49,987 bases of DNA, from IMG/VR virus record IMGVR_UViG_3300049563_000031, positions 1 through 49,987 of that record, one strand, 5' to 3'. Position numbers and translations under genes: made by a program. The DNA comes from a virus. Taxonomy: Duplodnaviria > Caudoviricetes. The notes beneath the pieces were generated by a model. That model made no database searches and was not told the origin of the DNA. It was given only the letters and a program-made list of their open reading frames with translations. How positions within the stretch are numbered: position 1 is the stretch's first letter; every line of letters starts with the position of its first letter. Below are positions 29,335 through 38,194 of the stretch, piece after piece.

Positions 29335-29629
29335 CCGCCACGCCCGCAGCCTTACGGGCTTCCTCTATCGCGTCCTCGCGGCGCTTTCTGACGTTAGCGT
29401 CCATCCGCTCGATCTCGGACGAGTGAAGAAACTTGCGTAACAGCAGCCCAACGATCTGGACTTGTGCGTATGAAGACGCCAACTGAGCCAGCTTTCCCTC
29501 TGCGTCATCGTCAGTCATGTACTCAAGCTCACTGACCACGAAGGACAGCACCCGGCGCATAAGCTCAGTCTCGTCAGGAGTGAAGATGAGGGTCAGCGGC
29601 TCGTTTATCATCGCATGTCGGTACGTCAT
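29318..29629 (-). CDS. Hypothetical protein
   Basis: TGATG coupling within operon; helical. Confidence 0.55.
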   Translation of the reverse strand: MTYRHAMINEPLTLIFTPDETELMRRVLSFVVSELEYMTDDDAEGKLAQLASSYAQVQIVGLLLRKFLHSSEIERMDANVRKRREDAIEEARKAAGVADAPGP

Positions 29630-29922
29630 CAGAAGGGCGCCCCCGCCGCGTCGATGTGCCATATTTTACACGGCCGGTTAGTAGGGCTGGGAGCGGTATC
29701 GCCTGGACGGTATATCCACCCCTTGCGTTCCATCTCGGACAGTCGTTTGTTGACTTGAGGCAAGCTCAGCGAACATCGGGACGTGATGTCGTGCATCGTG
29801 CCGGGACCATGCCGCCGGATAGTCTGGAGCAAGATGGCATAGTGCCGATTTGTCATTGCCGAGGTCACGCTGGCGTCGGCAGCGTGAGAGGTCCAAGGGT
29901 CAGTCCTGCGTGCCCTGTTCAT
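29629..29922 (-). CDS. Winged-helix DNA-binding protein
   Basis: AR.TDP.TSH.A N-terminus and KRLSEME.KGWI wHTH. Confidence 0.75.
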   Translation of the reverse strand: MNRARRTDPWTSHAADASVTSAMTNRHYAILLQTIRRHGPGTMHDITSRCSLSLPQVNKRLSEMERKGWIYRPGDTAPSPTNRPCKIWHIDAAGAPF

Positions 29923-30497
29923 CAGAAGGGCACCTCGTCGTCGACCATCACCGCGGCGCCGTCGCCGTCGTACTCGTCAAACTCCTCGCGGGCAGCGCGG
30001 CGGCCGTCGAGGCGTTCACCGTCCGTGCGGCAGATCTGCAAGTTGTTCAAGGCGAAACTCACGCCGCGATTGCCCTGCGTGTCGTAAGGGAAGGCGGTCA
30101 CCGTCGCGCGGGCCATCTGCCCGGGCCAGATGTCCTCTGGAACCATGATCTCGTTACGGCGGGCGTCGATCAGGCCCGGCTTGGACTTTGTCCAGGGGCT
30201 GATGTAGATGCCGCCGGGGATGTCGTAGCCCTTGTAGGGTTTCTCCGAACACGGGCGGAACGGCGAGCGCAGAGTGTTCAAAAAGGCTTTGTCCTGGGCC
30301 TTGCTGGCGCCCCATTTCCCCTCGATGGTCTCGCGCACGGCCACGCGCAGAGCGGCGAACTTGGGGTCACGCTGCGCGGCCTGGTCGAACAACAGCGAGC
30401 ACTGATAGCTCGGCTCGCCGCCAGGACCGCGGGGCCGCGGCGTGAACAGGACGGGGAAGGACAGGATGCCGATCGGCGTCTGGAGGCTTGCGGCCAT
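29922..30497 (-). CDS. DUF2815-family ssDNA-binding protein
   Basis: LSFP.LF.P, Y...LLF, GNRGVSF.LNNLQ....GE.L.G; acidic DDEVPF tail. Confidence 0.88.
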   Translation of the reverse strand: MAASLQTPIGILSFPVLFTPRPRGPGGEPSYQCSLLFDQAAQRDPKFAALRVAVRETIEGKWGASKAQDKAFLNTLRSPFRPCSEKPYKGYDIPGGIYISPWTKSKPGLIDARRNEIMVPEDIWPGQMARATVTAFPYDTQGNRGVSFALNNLQICRTDGERLDGRRAAREEFDEYDGDGAAVMVDDEVPF

Positions 30498-30500
30498 AGG

Positions 30501-30677
30501 TCAGATCTCCTTCTCAGGTTGGGGTTGGCGCTGCAGTAGCGGCACGCTTGCCTTCATCAGCGAGTGCGCCAGCTGCAGGGTCTCTACGGGCGTCATTTCC
30601 TTGACGAGCTTTGCGTCCCCGCCCCACAGGGTCAGGTACACCAGGGACCCGTCACACCCGACACCTGCGACGATCAT
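30501..30677 (-). CDS. 58-aa hypothetical protein (not in ORF track)
   Basis: MIVAGVGCDGSLVYLTLWGG...; ATGA overlap; fills operon gap. Confidence 0.55.
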   Translation of the reverse strand: MIVAGVGCDGSLVYLTLWGGDAKLVKEMTPVETLQLAHSLMKASVPLLQRQPQPEKEI

Positions 30678-30850
30678 CGTGCGGTCTCGCGGGGCAGGAC
30701 AAAGTCGATGATGTGCTTCAGCTCGACGATCATTTCCTGGATCTCGTCGTACAGCTCGTCCCGCGTAAAATCGGGCGTTTCCCGGACAAGCTCCAGCCGG
30801 CGCAGCAGCTGGTCGAGTTCACGGTGTGGGGCAGGCTTAGACTTCATCAT
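30674..30850 (-). CDS. 58-aa helical hypothetical protein
   Basis: MMKSKPAPHRELDQLL...; GAGGAG RBS. Confidence 0.55.
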   Translation of the reverse strand: MMKSKPAPHRELDQLLRRLELVRETPDFTRDELYDEIQEMIVELKHIIDFVLPRETAR

Positions 30851-32033
30851 CGAACTCCTCGACTGCGTCAGGACCAGCACGGCCCAGCTTGACGCCGGTG
30901 GACCGGGCCTCGATGAGCGGGATCGCGACCCGGTCCCAGATACGGCGGCCCTTCGACGTTTTGTGCAGCGTCTTCTCCATCTGAGCCGGCGAGCGCACCC
31001 GGTGTTCCCAAACCTCGGTAAACTCGGCACCGGCATTTTCTAGGGTCCGTGCGATCTCAACGTCAGTGTCGAGCCACTTGCGAGCGGGACGAGTGGGGAC
31101 CAATCCCCAGCCTGGGATGCGGACCTGATGCTGCAGCTGGTCGAGAGCGAACTCGCGCACCCGGTCGATCCACAGCTGCGCACGCTCGGCCGTGTTAAGG
31201 GCGTCGGCTATCTCGGCAGGGTCGTCCGGAATGTCGTCAAACTCGCGCTTCGCCATCGCGACGGCGTCCTCTTGGAGGCGGGGACAGGCGTGCGCCACGG
31301 GACAAAAGCGGCACCAGGCCCCGGGGTTGAAGGGCGCATCGGGCTTGGCGCAGGCCTCGACCCCAGGGACCAGCACGTCGTCCACCCACATCAGGACATC
31401 GACCAGACTGGTCTCCCAGGACCGGATCGCGGCCACCCCCGCGGCGCGCGGCTGAACGATCGTCAGCTTGATCGTGCGCGGCCAGTCCTTCTGCGACTGA
31501 GGCAGTTGGGCGATGGCCCCGGCGGCATAAAACAGGAGCTGCGGGTTGTTCTTGGGTGACACCAGGACCCCAGAGCCGTGCTTGTAGTCCACGATCTCCA
31601 AGGTCTCGGTGAACCAGGAGAACACCGCGGCGTCGACCGTGCCGAACACCGGGACCGGCGGCGCCGCAGGGAAGTAGTCTGCCAGGTCCACGCGGAACTC
31701 GACCTTGGCCCAGTCGGCGCCATCGGCGATGTCGCGCAGATAGGCCAGCATCGCGTTGACGCCGTCGAGCAGGTCCTCGTCGACGGTCCCGGTGTGGCCG
31801 TCGAAGAACCACGGCCGGCCGATCTCGTCCGGGGAGATGTCTTGGGGCAGCACACCCCGGGCGAGCGCGTCGGCCGCAGCGTTCTCGATGTACGAGTGCG
31901 CCAGGCTCCCGGTCGCCGCATAAATCGAGGACGGTCGGGCAGGGTGCTGCTGGCTAAGCCGGAAGGACCCCGGACAGGCCAGCCAGCGCGAGGCGCCAGA
32001 AGCCCCCAGGAGCGAGTGGCCCGGGGTACTCAC
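30837..32033 (-). CDS. DUF2800 Cas4-like PD-(D/E)xK nuclease
   Basis: HS.LGAS...RW..CPGS, FGTVD, IVDYKHG.G, NPQL..YA, WCRFCP....CP. Confidence 0.9.
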   Translation of the reverse strand: MSTPGHSLLGASGASRWLACPGSFRLSQQHPARPSSIYAATGSLAHSYIENAAADALARGVLPQDISPDEIGRPWFFDGHTGTVDEDLLDGVNAMLAYLRDIADGADWAKVEFRVDLADYFPAAPPVPVFGTVDAAVFSWFTETLEIVDYKHGSGVLVSPKNNPQLLFYAAGAIAQLPQSQKDWPRTIKLTIVQPRAAGVAAIRSWETSLVDVLMWVDDVLVPGVEACAKPDAPFNPGAWCRFCPVAHACPRLQEDAVAMAKREFDDIPDDPAEIADALNTAERAQLWIDRVREFALDQLQHQVRIPGWGLVPTRPARKWLDTDVEIARTLENAGAEFTEVWEHRVRSPAQMEKTLHKTSKGRRIWDRVAIPLIEARSTGVKLGRAGPDAVEEFDDEV

Positions 32034-32119
32034 GTGAGAGCCTCGCAGCTGGCAATCAGCGCGCCCCACAGCAGAACGCCCAGACCGACCCAGACCAGCA
32101 TGTGCCAGCCTAAGATCAC
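32030..32119 (-). CDS. 29-aa single-TM peptide (not in ORF track)
   Basis: MILGWHMLVWVGLGVLLWGALIASCEALT; GTGA overlaps at both ends. Confidence 0.5.
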   Translation of the reverse strand: MILGWHMLVWVGLGVLLWGALIASCEALT

Positions 32120-32610
32120 TGACGGATGCCCACGCTTTGCGCGAGCTTCATCACGCGAGCGTAGAGGGCGTGACCCTCAGCGACCGGGATGTCGTAGAAC
32201 TTCGCGATCTTGAGTTCCTTCTGGAGGCTCTTCACCGCGGCGACGTGTCCGGCGGAGTAGGCCTCGCGCACCAGGGCAAGCGCCGCGTCATGGGCCTCGC
32301 CGGGGGACATCGAGGCCGCGGGCGGGGACAAGCCCATGTCCTCGTCCTGGTCCCCGGCCTGGTCCTCGCCGTTTGGTCCCAGAACCTGCTCGACCGGGCC
32401 GTTATCCTTGGCGGCTTTGGCGGCGCGCGCAGCCGCGGCGGACTTCTGGCGGTTGGCCTTGGCGATGTCGGCGCTGGGGGTAGGGTCACCCGCCGGCAGC
32501 GTCGGCGTCGGAGAAACCTGGACCAGCTGGGCCTGCTGCGCGGTTGCCAGCAGCTGGTAGATGCGCGCCGCGGTCGGTTGATCCGTGTCGAAGGTGAGGG
32601 TCACTTGCAT
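32116..32610 (-). CDS. Hypothetical protein usually preceding DUF2800
   Basis: AAGGAG RBS; C-terminal V..L...L.I.KF.DIP helical domain. Confidence 0.7.
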   Translation of the reverse strand: MQVTLTFDTDQPTAARIYQLLATAQQAQLVQVSPTPTLPAGDPTPSADIAKANRQKSAAAARAAKAAKDNGPVEQVLGPNGEDQAGDQDEDMGLSPPAASMSPGEAHDAALALVREAYSAGHVAAVKSLQKELKIAKFYDIPVAEGHALYARVMKLAQSVGIRQ

Positions 32611-33976
32611 GGAAATCTCCTTGTAGGGTTGCGATCTCGGCGGCCTTCCGCCGAAACACCTTCATGATGCGTTCGTCGAGGCTGTCAGGCATGTAGAGGA
32701 AGCTCGCCAGGACCATGTCGCGCTGTCCCAGCCGGTGGGCGCGGCAGATCGCCTGGACGTTCTCGCCCGGGACCCAGGACGGCTCGACGATGGCAACCTC
32801 GGAGGCTGCGGTCAGCGTGATCGCCGTGCCGGCAGCTTGGATCTGGCCGATAAAGAGGCGGGTCTTGAGGTCCTGCTGAAAAGCGTCGACAGCCTGGGCG
32901 CGCTCGCGGCCGGGGGTGTCGCCGGTGACCACCACCGGGTTGAACTCCGCGAGACCGCGGCGCAGGCGCGCGATCACCTCGCGGTGCCAGGCAAAGAGGA
33001 GGAGCTTATTTGTCGAGGCGAGGCGCTCGCGGACCCATGCGATCGTCGGGAGGACCTTCATCTCGCCCAGCTCGCGCCGCATCGTCGCGAGGACGGCGTC
33101 GGGGACGCCACGCATGACGCGATCAAACAGTTGATCCTCGTTGTCAAAGTCCGCGAAAAACTGCGGGACAGGGGTATCCAGAGGGATGTCCTGGAGGACC
33201 AGCGGCGGCAGCTCGGGAAGGACCTGCGCCTTGCGGCGGCGCAAGACCACGTCGCGCAGACGCTCGCGCAGCACAGCCTGGCGCTTCGAGCCGGTGATCT
33301 GGCGCCCGAAGACGGTATTTTTGTAAACGCAGAAACGGTCCTCGAACTCGGCCTGGGTCAGCGGTCGCCCGGTGGACGAGCCGGTCAGGGACCAGGGCCA
33401 GAACGTCGAGGCGTGAGACCAGATCTCGCCGGCGTGGTTGGGGGTCGGCGTCCCGGTCAAGAGGATGACCCGCTCGGCTTGCGCCTGGAGGCCTTCGTCG
33501 CCAAAGCGGCCGCGGGTGCCATAGATCGCCTTGGTGCGATTGCTCGTCGGGGTCTTGAGGTAGTGGGCCTCGTCGCAAATCAAGAGATCCCACTGGATCA
33601 GCCGCAACCACCGCGCGAAGACGCTTTTAAGGTTCGACAGCGCGTCGTAGCTGACGATCAGGATGATCGGCGCCAGGCTGGAAACCCAGCGCGGCTTGTC
33701 GGGACCAGGACTGGTCCCCGGCTCATGCAGGACCACCAGCGGGGACCAGCCCGGGACCCAGCGTTGGATCTCGGCCTGCCACACACGACGGGCACCGGCC
33801 GGGCAGATAATCAAGATCCGCTCGGCCCCGAGACGCTCGGCGGCCATCAAGGCCTGAATTGTCTTGCCGAGGCCTGCGTCGTCTGCCAGCAACACAGCCC
33901 GGTGTTGTTTGGTCAGCCGGTCATGTATCCAGCCAACACCCTTTTTCTGGTAGTCGCGCAGAGGCGCTGCAGGCAT
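32486..33976 (-). CDS. SNF2-family helicase
   Basis: LRDYQ, LADD.GLGKT, CDEAH, LTGTP, QA..RAHR.GQ. Confidence 0.92.
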   Translation of the reverse strand: MPAAPLRDYQKKGVGWIHDRLTKQHRAVLLADDAGLGKTIQALMAAERLGAERILIICPAGARRVWQAEIQRWVPGWSPLVVLHEPGTSPGPDKPRWVSSLAPIILIVSYDALSNLKSVFARWLRLIQWDLLICDEAHYLKTPTSNRTKAIYGTRGRFGDEGLQAQAERVILLTGTPTPNHAGEIWSHASTFWPWSLTGSSTGRPLTQAEFEDRFCVYKNTVFGRQITGSKRQAVLRERLRDVVLRRRKAQVLPELPPLVLQDIPLDTPVPQFFADFDNEDQLFDRVMRGVPDAVLATMRRELGEMKVLPTIAWVRERLASTNKLLLFAWHREVIARLRRGLAEFNPVVVTGDTPGRERAQAVDAFQQDLKTRLFIGQIQAAGTAITLTAASEVAIVEPSWVPGENVQAICRAHRLGQRDMVLASFLYMPDSLDERIMKVFRRKAAEIATLQGDFHASDPHLRHGSTDRGAHLPAAGNRAAGPAGPGFSDADAAGG

Positions 33977-34114
33977 ACGGCTCCCCTAACACAAGCTGTG
34001 TTATCCCACGGGGAAAGAACACAAATCTTGGTTAACGAGGAGCTATTAGAAAGGGTGGTTTGTTGGCCTGTCAAGCGCAAAAAGACAACACAACAAAAAC
34101 AGACAGATAGGGCT

Positions 34115-34441
34115 TCACGCCTTCCCAGGTGTTGGTTCGGGCTGGCCCTCGAAGCGGGTAATCATCTCTTTCATCAGGACGACAATGTCCTTCCGATCAG
34201 CGCCGTTGCTGATATAATTGCAGCGGGCCTGTCCGCCGGGGGCGACCTCCTCGAAAGGGAACACCATCAGGACAAACCCGGTCTTACGCCCTGGACCACC
34301 GACCTTGCCGTTAAACAACTCGTCAAGCGTCTGCGCGATCGCCACCATCTTTTCGTGGTACTCGGCCTCGACCGGCGCGTCACCCAGGCGCTCATGGGGT
34401 CGCTGGCTCTCGAACTGCTTTCGCCGTTTGCTCTCACCCAT
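34115..34441 (-). CDS. Conserved phage hypothetical protein
   Basis: GF.L.VFPF...RCNYISN...R.D...MKE motif; AAGGAGG RBS. Confidence 0.7.
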   Translation of the reverse strand: MGESKRRKQFESQRPHERLGDAPVEAEYHEKMVAIAQTLDELFNGKVGGPGRKTGFVLMVFPFEEVAPGGQARCNYISNGADRKDIVVLMKEMITRFEGQPEPTPGKA

Positions 34442-34913
34442 CAGGGGCCTCCTTCGCTCCAAACAACGCCAGCAAGGCCGCCTCCGCCCGGCCATCGTCG
34501 CGAACCCGCATAAAGCTGGCTGCGTTGGCGGGGAACATGCGGGCCGCGATGAGGCGAGCTTCGTTTTTGTCACTGCTCAGCCGGAAGCTCCGCTTCCATT
34601 CCTGCGGCGTGACGAGGCTGGTCCTGACCCCGAGACCGGCGAGGACGCCGCGGATCAGACCATAGGCCAAGCCAAAGCTGAAACAACTCGTGCCGCCCTG
34701 CTTGGGCAAGGAATGCACCCGCTCGATCCAGGCGCAGTCCGGCTCGTAAGTCCGTAAAATGTCCGCCAGCCAGAACTCGCCGATCTGCCGGCGATCGGCC
34801 TTGCCGACCCTGGTTGACACAACAGGCATGTCGCAGACCGTCAAGGCCAGCAAATCTGTGTCGTACAACGCCAGCGCGCCGCCAGCGCCAGGGTCAACGC
34901 CGAGGACGCGCAT
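34434..34913 (-). CDS. RuvC-like Holliday junction resolvase
   Basis: LGVDPG..GA.A, WIE.V, FSFG..YG, TPQ.WK, DGRAEA.L.A. Confidence 0.88.
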   Translation of the reverse strand: MRVLGVDPGAGGALALYDTDLLALTVCDMPVVSTRVGKADRRQIGEFWLADILRTYEPDCAWIERVHSLPKQGGTSCFSFGLAYGLIRGVLAGLGVRTSLVTPQEWKRSFRLSSDKNEARLIAARMFPANAASFMRVRDDGRAEAALLALFGAKEAPDG

Positions 34914-35157
34914 TTCCGCGAATGCGCAAGCCAAGCGGGTCGTCGTCATGCAGGAATTCATGACACTGGTGCCCCTGCCGCTCCCCACAATAAAGGACAG
35001 CGCCGAGCCATTTGCTGGGTATCGCCTTGCGGCGAAGCCACATCTGGAGGTTGTTGTAAGTCAAGCCGTGATCGGGCTGGTGTATGTCCAGACACGTCAG
35101 CAAGCCGCGGGGGCCGCCCATCACCTCAAACACACGTTCCACGTCGATCGTATACAC
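34894..35157 (-). CDS. Cro-like HTH regulator
   Basis: GG......L...........N..MW.RR..IP..W; divergent from repressor. Confidence 0.7.
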   Translation of the reverse strand: MYTIDVERVFEVMGGPRGLLTCLDIHQPDHGLTYNNLQMWLRRKAIPSKWLGAVLYCGERQGHQCHEFLHDDDPLGLRIRGNARPRR

Positions 35158-35545
35158 GTTCTTGTCTCCCCTGGGGGTAGGTCAGACCCCTTTAGGATAC
35201 CCTTGGTGGCACGGTAACACAAGTTAACGCAATGGGTGGTGATCCCCACATTTTGTGATGGCTGAGTTGCATGCCTTCTTAGCCATTGGCTCAACAGGTT
35301 GTGGATAAGAGGCGAGGTTTAGGCCCTTAGACCACACCTAATAGTTTATCAGGGTTTCACCCGAGTAAGACACGAGTCGGGTCAAACAGCCCCCACAAAA
35401 TGCCACAAACTGGTTAAAACCGCCAAGCTGTAGGCCTAGCCAACACAAGTTGTTGTGTTTGGACTAGAAAACGATTACATTTTGTGTTCTCCACATCCTG
35501 TGGATAACCCGTGGGATAACATCCTCAACCAGCGAGTACTGACAA
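35158..35545. promoter_or_regulatory. Divergent lysis/lysogeny control region with DnaA boxes and ACACAA-type repeats
   Basis: AT-richer gap between divergent HTH genes; TGTGGATAA at 35300 and 35499. Confidence 0.7.
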
Positions 35546-36235
35546 ATGACCGGCGCAGACGACGTGACAGAAGGTGAACAGAAAACGCTTGCAACCCCCC
35601 GCGTCCTGAAAAAAGATAGCCCTGACAAACAATCTGTTGAACAGGGCCGGACGCATGTACGCTCCCCCACAAGACACATCCCGACACGACACGTGTATGC
35701 CGCAGGTTACGCGACCGGGGGCGGCAAAACCGATATGCGGGCCGAGTACAAACCCTTCGCCGATGCGTTGAGGGCCACCATGACCCGGCAAGGCCTGAAC
35801 GCATCCGAGGTGGCCCGCCGGATCTGGGGGACCACCAAGGACAAGCGCGGCTACGACGTAGCCCGCAACCGGGACCGCATCGGGGCCTATCTGGCGGGGA
35901 CGAGCTACCCCGAGCCGGAGAACTTGGAAAAGCTGGCCGCCGCCTTAAACATCCCCGTCGAGGAACTGGCGATCGAGCGGGAGAACCCGGGACCGGCAAA
36001 ACCCCGCCCGCCGGCAAGCGACCTGCAGGTGAACCAGATCCCGGGCGAGCCGGGAAAGATGCATCTGCGGGTGGACCGGCCGCTCAGCTGGCGGCTTGTC
36101 ATGCAGATCGTCAAGATGATTAAGGACGAAGAAATGGCTGAGCTGGACCGGCAACTGGCCGAGCAAGAGCAGCTAGGCGAGATCGTCGGCGGCTCCGACA
36201 TCGAAAATGCCGCCAACAACGCGGGAACCTCTTGA
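35546..36235 (+). CDS. XRE-family repressor (alternative start 35735)
   Basis: FA..LR..M...GL..SEVARR.......Y..G.SYP...NL.KLA.AL; no S24 peptidase domain. Confidence 0.8.
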   Translation: MTGADDVTEGEQKTLATPRVLKKDSPDKQSVEQGRTHVRSPTRHIPTRHVYAAGYATGGGKTDMRAEYKPFADALRATMTRQGLNASEVARRIWGTTKDKRGYDVARNRDRIGAYLAGTSYPEPENLEKLAAALNIPVEELAIERENPGPAKPRPPASDLQVNQIPGEPGKMHLRVDRPLSWRLVMQIVKMIKDEEMAELDRQLAEQEQLGEIVGGSDIENAANNAGTS

Positions 36236-36579
36236 GATACCTGACCCAACCCGAAGTCGCCGCGGTCCTACGCTGCACGGTCAGCAAAGTCGCCCGGCTA
36301 CGTCGCAACGCCGGGCTGCCCTGGCTCCCAGGCCGGCCCGTCCTGATCCCCGAAGAAGGATTTAACAGATGGCTCTCGGAGCAAACCGTATCGACATCGG
36401 GCCGTATCGCAACATCCGGCTCAAGGCCAACAAGCAAGGCTACTGGGAAGTCTGGTGGACGGACGCGCGGGGCGGGTATGTCACCAAACGCGAGAGCAGC
36501 CGCGAGCAGGTCCGCGCGGCGGCTGAGCAGTATCTCAGGACGTTCTGTGACAACGTCCGGGACCAAACCCAGCAGATAG
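36232..36579 (+). CDS. xis: Excisionase-like HTH protein
   Basis: YLT..EVA..LR.....V.RLR....LP....RP.LI......W; overlaps int. Confidence 0.7.
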   Translation: MRYLTQPEVAAVLRCTVSKVARLRRNAGLPWLPGRPVLIPEEGFNRWLSEQTVSTSGRIATSGSRPTSKATGKSGGRTRGAGMSPNARAAASRSARRLSSISGRSVTTSGTKPSR

Positions 36580-37499
36580 CCGCCGCGGCGCAGCCCAACC
36601 AGCCGACCGTCGACGAACTCTGCCAAGGCTGGCTGGACCAGCTCGAAGCCGACAAGGCCTACAGCAAGGCCAGGACAGGGCGGTATAATCTGGTGGCGAT
36701 CCGCCGCGAGCTGGGGGCCATGACGCTCGATCAGCTAACAGACGGGACCCTGTTGCGGACTTATCGCCGCCAGCGCGGCGTGTCCGACGCCACGATACTC
36801 CGCGAGATCGGCGGCCTGCGGGCGGTGTGCCTGTGGGCCGGGCGCCAGCGCCCGCGCCTCATAGACCTCAACGACCTGCCGGTGTTCAAGGAGCTGCTGC
36901 CGGACAAAGGGCCGCCGCGGGATTTGTTTTTGGACCAGGGACAGGACGCGATGTTCTTTGCCGCGGCGCAGGACTGGGGCCGGGACCACCCGCCCGAGGG
37001 CTGGAGGATCGGGGTGTTTGTGGCGCTAGGCCTGGATACCTCGGCCCGCCGCGGCGCGATCTGCGATCTGACCTGGGACCGCGTCAACCTTCACAACGGG
37101 CTTATCAACTATCAAAACCCCCGCCGCGCCGTGACCATAAAAAGGCGCGTCAAAGGTGTGCCTATTTCAGACCGCCTGCTGCCGGTGCTCAAAGAGGCAT
37201 GGCTGCTGGCGCCCAAGGTGGCGGGACAAGCCGTAGGACCCGTCCTCGGGATCACCGACCCAGCCAAGGCGGCGCGCTGGATCGCTCGCGAGTTCCCCAG
37301 ATTTGCTGCCGGTGTGGGCATGCCGTGGGTCACGCCCCACGTGTTAAGGCACACCTACGCCAGCCTTGCCGCGATGGCGGGCCAGCCGATGCAGGACATC
37401 GCTCACGTCATGGGCGACGACATCAAGACGGTCATGGACAACTACGCCCACCTAGCGCCGGGGCATCTGGTTGCTGCGGTCAACTTTCGCAACAAGTGA
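36369..37499 (+). CDS. int: Tyrosine integrase
   Basis: T.ARR..I..L.W..V, K.R, TPHVLRHTYAS, MGD, YAH catalytic motifs; N-terminal arm-binding region. Confidence 0.92.
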   Translation: MALGANRIDIGPYRNIRLKANKQGYWEVWWTDARGGYVTKRESSREQVRAAAEQYLRTFCDNVRDQTQQIAAAAQPNQPTVDELCQGWLDQLEADKAYSKARTGRYNLVAIRRELGAMTLDQLTDGTLLRTYRRQRGVSDATILREIGGLRAVCLWAGRQRPRLIDLNDLPVFKELLPDKGPPRDLFLDQGQDAMFFAAAQDWGRDHPPEGWRIGVFVALGLDTSARRGAICDLTWDRVNLHNGLINYQNPRRAVTIKRRVKGVPISDRLLPVLKEAWLLAPKVAGQAVGPVLGITDPAKAARWIAREFPRFAAGVGMPWVTPHVLRHTYASLAAMAGQPMQDIAHVMGDDIKTVMDNYAHLAPGHLVAAVNFRNK

Positions 37500-37505
37500 G
37501 GCGCG

Positions 37506-37880
37506 ATGAGTGACGACCTGACGGAGCGGGCGCGCGTGGCCTATGAAACGGCCAACGCTCTCCTCGGAGGCGGCGTCTCTTGGGAAGAGCAGTCTGAGGT
37601 ATACCGGGACGCATGGCGCGCTGCGATTGCCGCGAGTTCGCCAGACTATTCAGCCGACCTGCCGCAGCGACTTCGCCCGCCCCACAGGAGGCCCGCGATG
37701 CGTCTTAGGCGTGCCCTCGTGGTCTACTGCGAAATGTGGAAGCGTCAGTGGCGTGACCCAAATGCCGAGGCGCGACTGACACGCTTCCAGCGAGCCAGGC
37801 GAGGGCACCGGATTGGCAAAGCCGCCGCGCTTCTCATTATGGGACCGCCTTACAGACGCTGGTGGATATGGTTCCCATAG
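37506..37880 (+). CDS. Hypothetical protein bracketed by 18-bp direct repeats
   Basis: GAGG RBS; AR.AYE.......W.......RD.WR.A N-terminus. Confidence 0.55.
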   Translation: MSDDLTERARVAYETANALLGGGVSWEEQSEVYRDAWRAAIAASSPDYSADLPQRLRPPHRRPAMRLRRALVVYCEMWKRQWRDPNAEARLTRFQRARRGHRIGKAAALLIMGPPYRRWWIWFP

Positions 37881-37917
37881 GACGCCCCCTAAATGAGTGA
37901 CGACCTGACGCTTAAAA

Positions 37918-37954
37918 AAAAGCGCCGATCCTGAGACCGGCGCTTTTCTCTTTT
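37918..37954. terminator. Bidirectional intrinsic terminator
   Basis: AAAAGCGCCG...CGGCGCTTTT stem with A and T tracts. Confidence 0.75.
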
Positions 37955-38194
37955 GTTCGCGCGACACGACGCGAGCCTTAAATCGCGGGGCAGGACACCA
38001 CTCTCACCCCGCGAAGGGGTGGGCGCCCCGCCCAGGGTAAAGCGGGGTCCCGGAAGACCATATGGCAAATCTTTGCTAACACCGCAAGCCTTTAGTGAAA
38101 TGCCCTAGACCCCCGCCCGGAGCCGGCGCAGGCTGTGTCTTGCGGTTGTCATGAAACGACACCCGCGCGACACCACCCACAGGGGTCTCCTCCA

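Noticed and set aside
30837-32033. Cas4-like gene as a CRISPR component
   Set aside because: Standard DUF2800-DUF2815-PolA replication context; no array or other cas genes
32735-34513. Long antisense or alternate-frame ORFs (e.g. 32735-34513 +, 27308-28597 -, 48676-49932 -, 12297-13523 -, 6795-7997 -)
   Set aside because: They shadow well-supported genes, have no motifs and are expected in high-GC DNA
34028-35420. CtrA sites (TTAACC half-sites near 34030 and 35412)
   Set aside because: No full TTAA-N7-TTAA found; half-sites are too short to support
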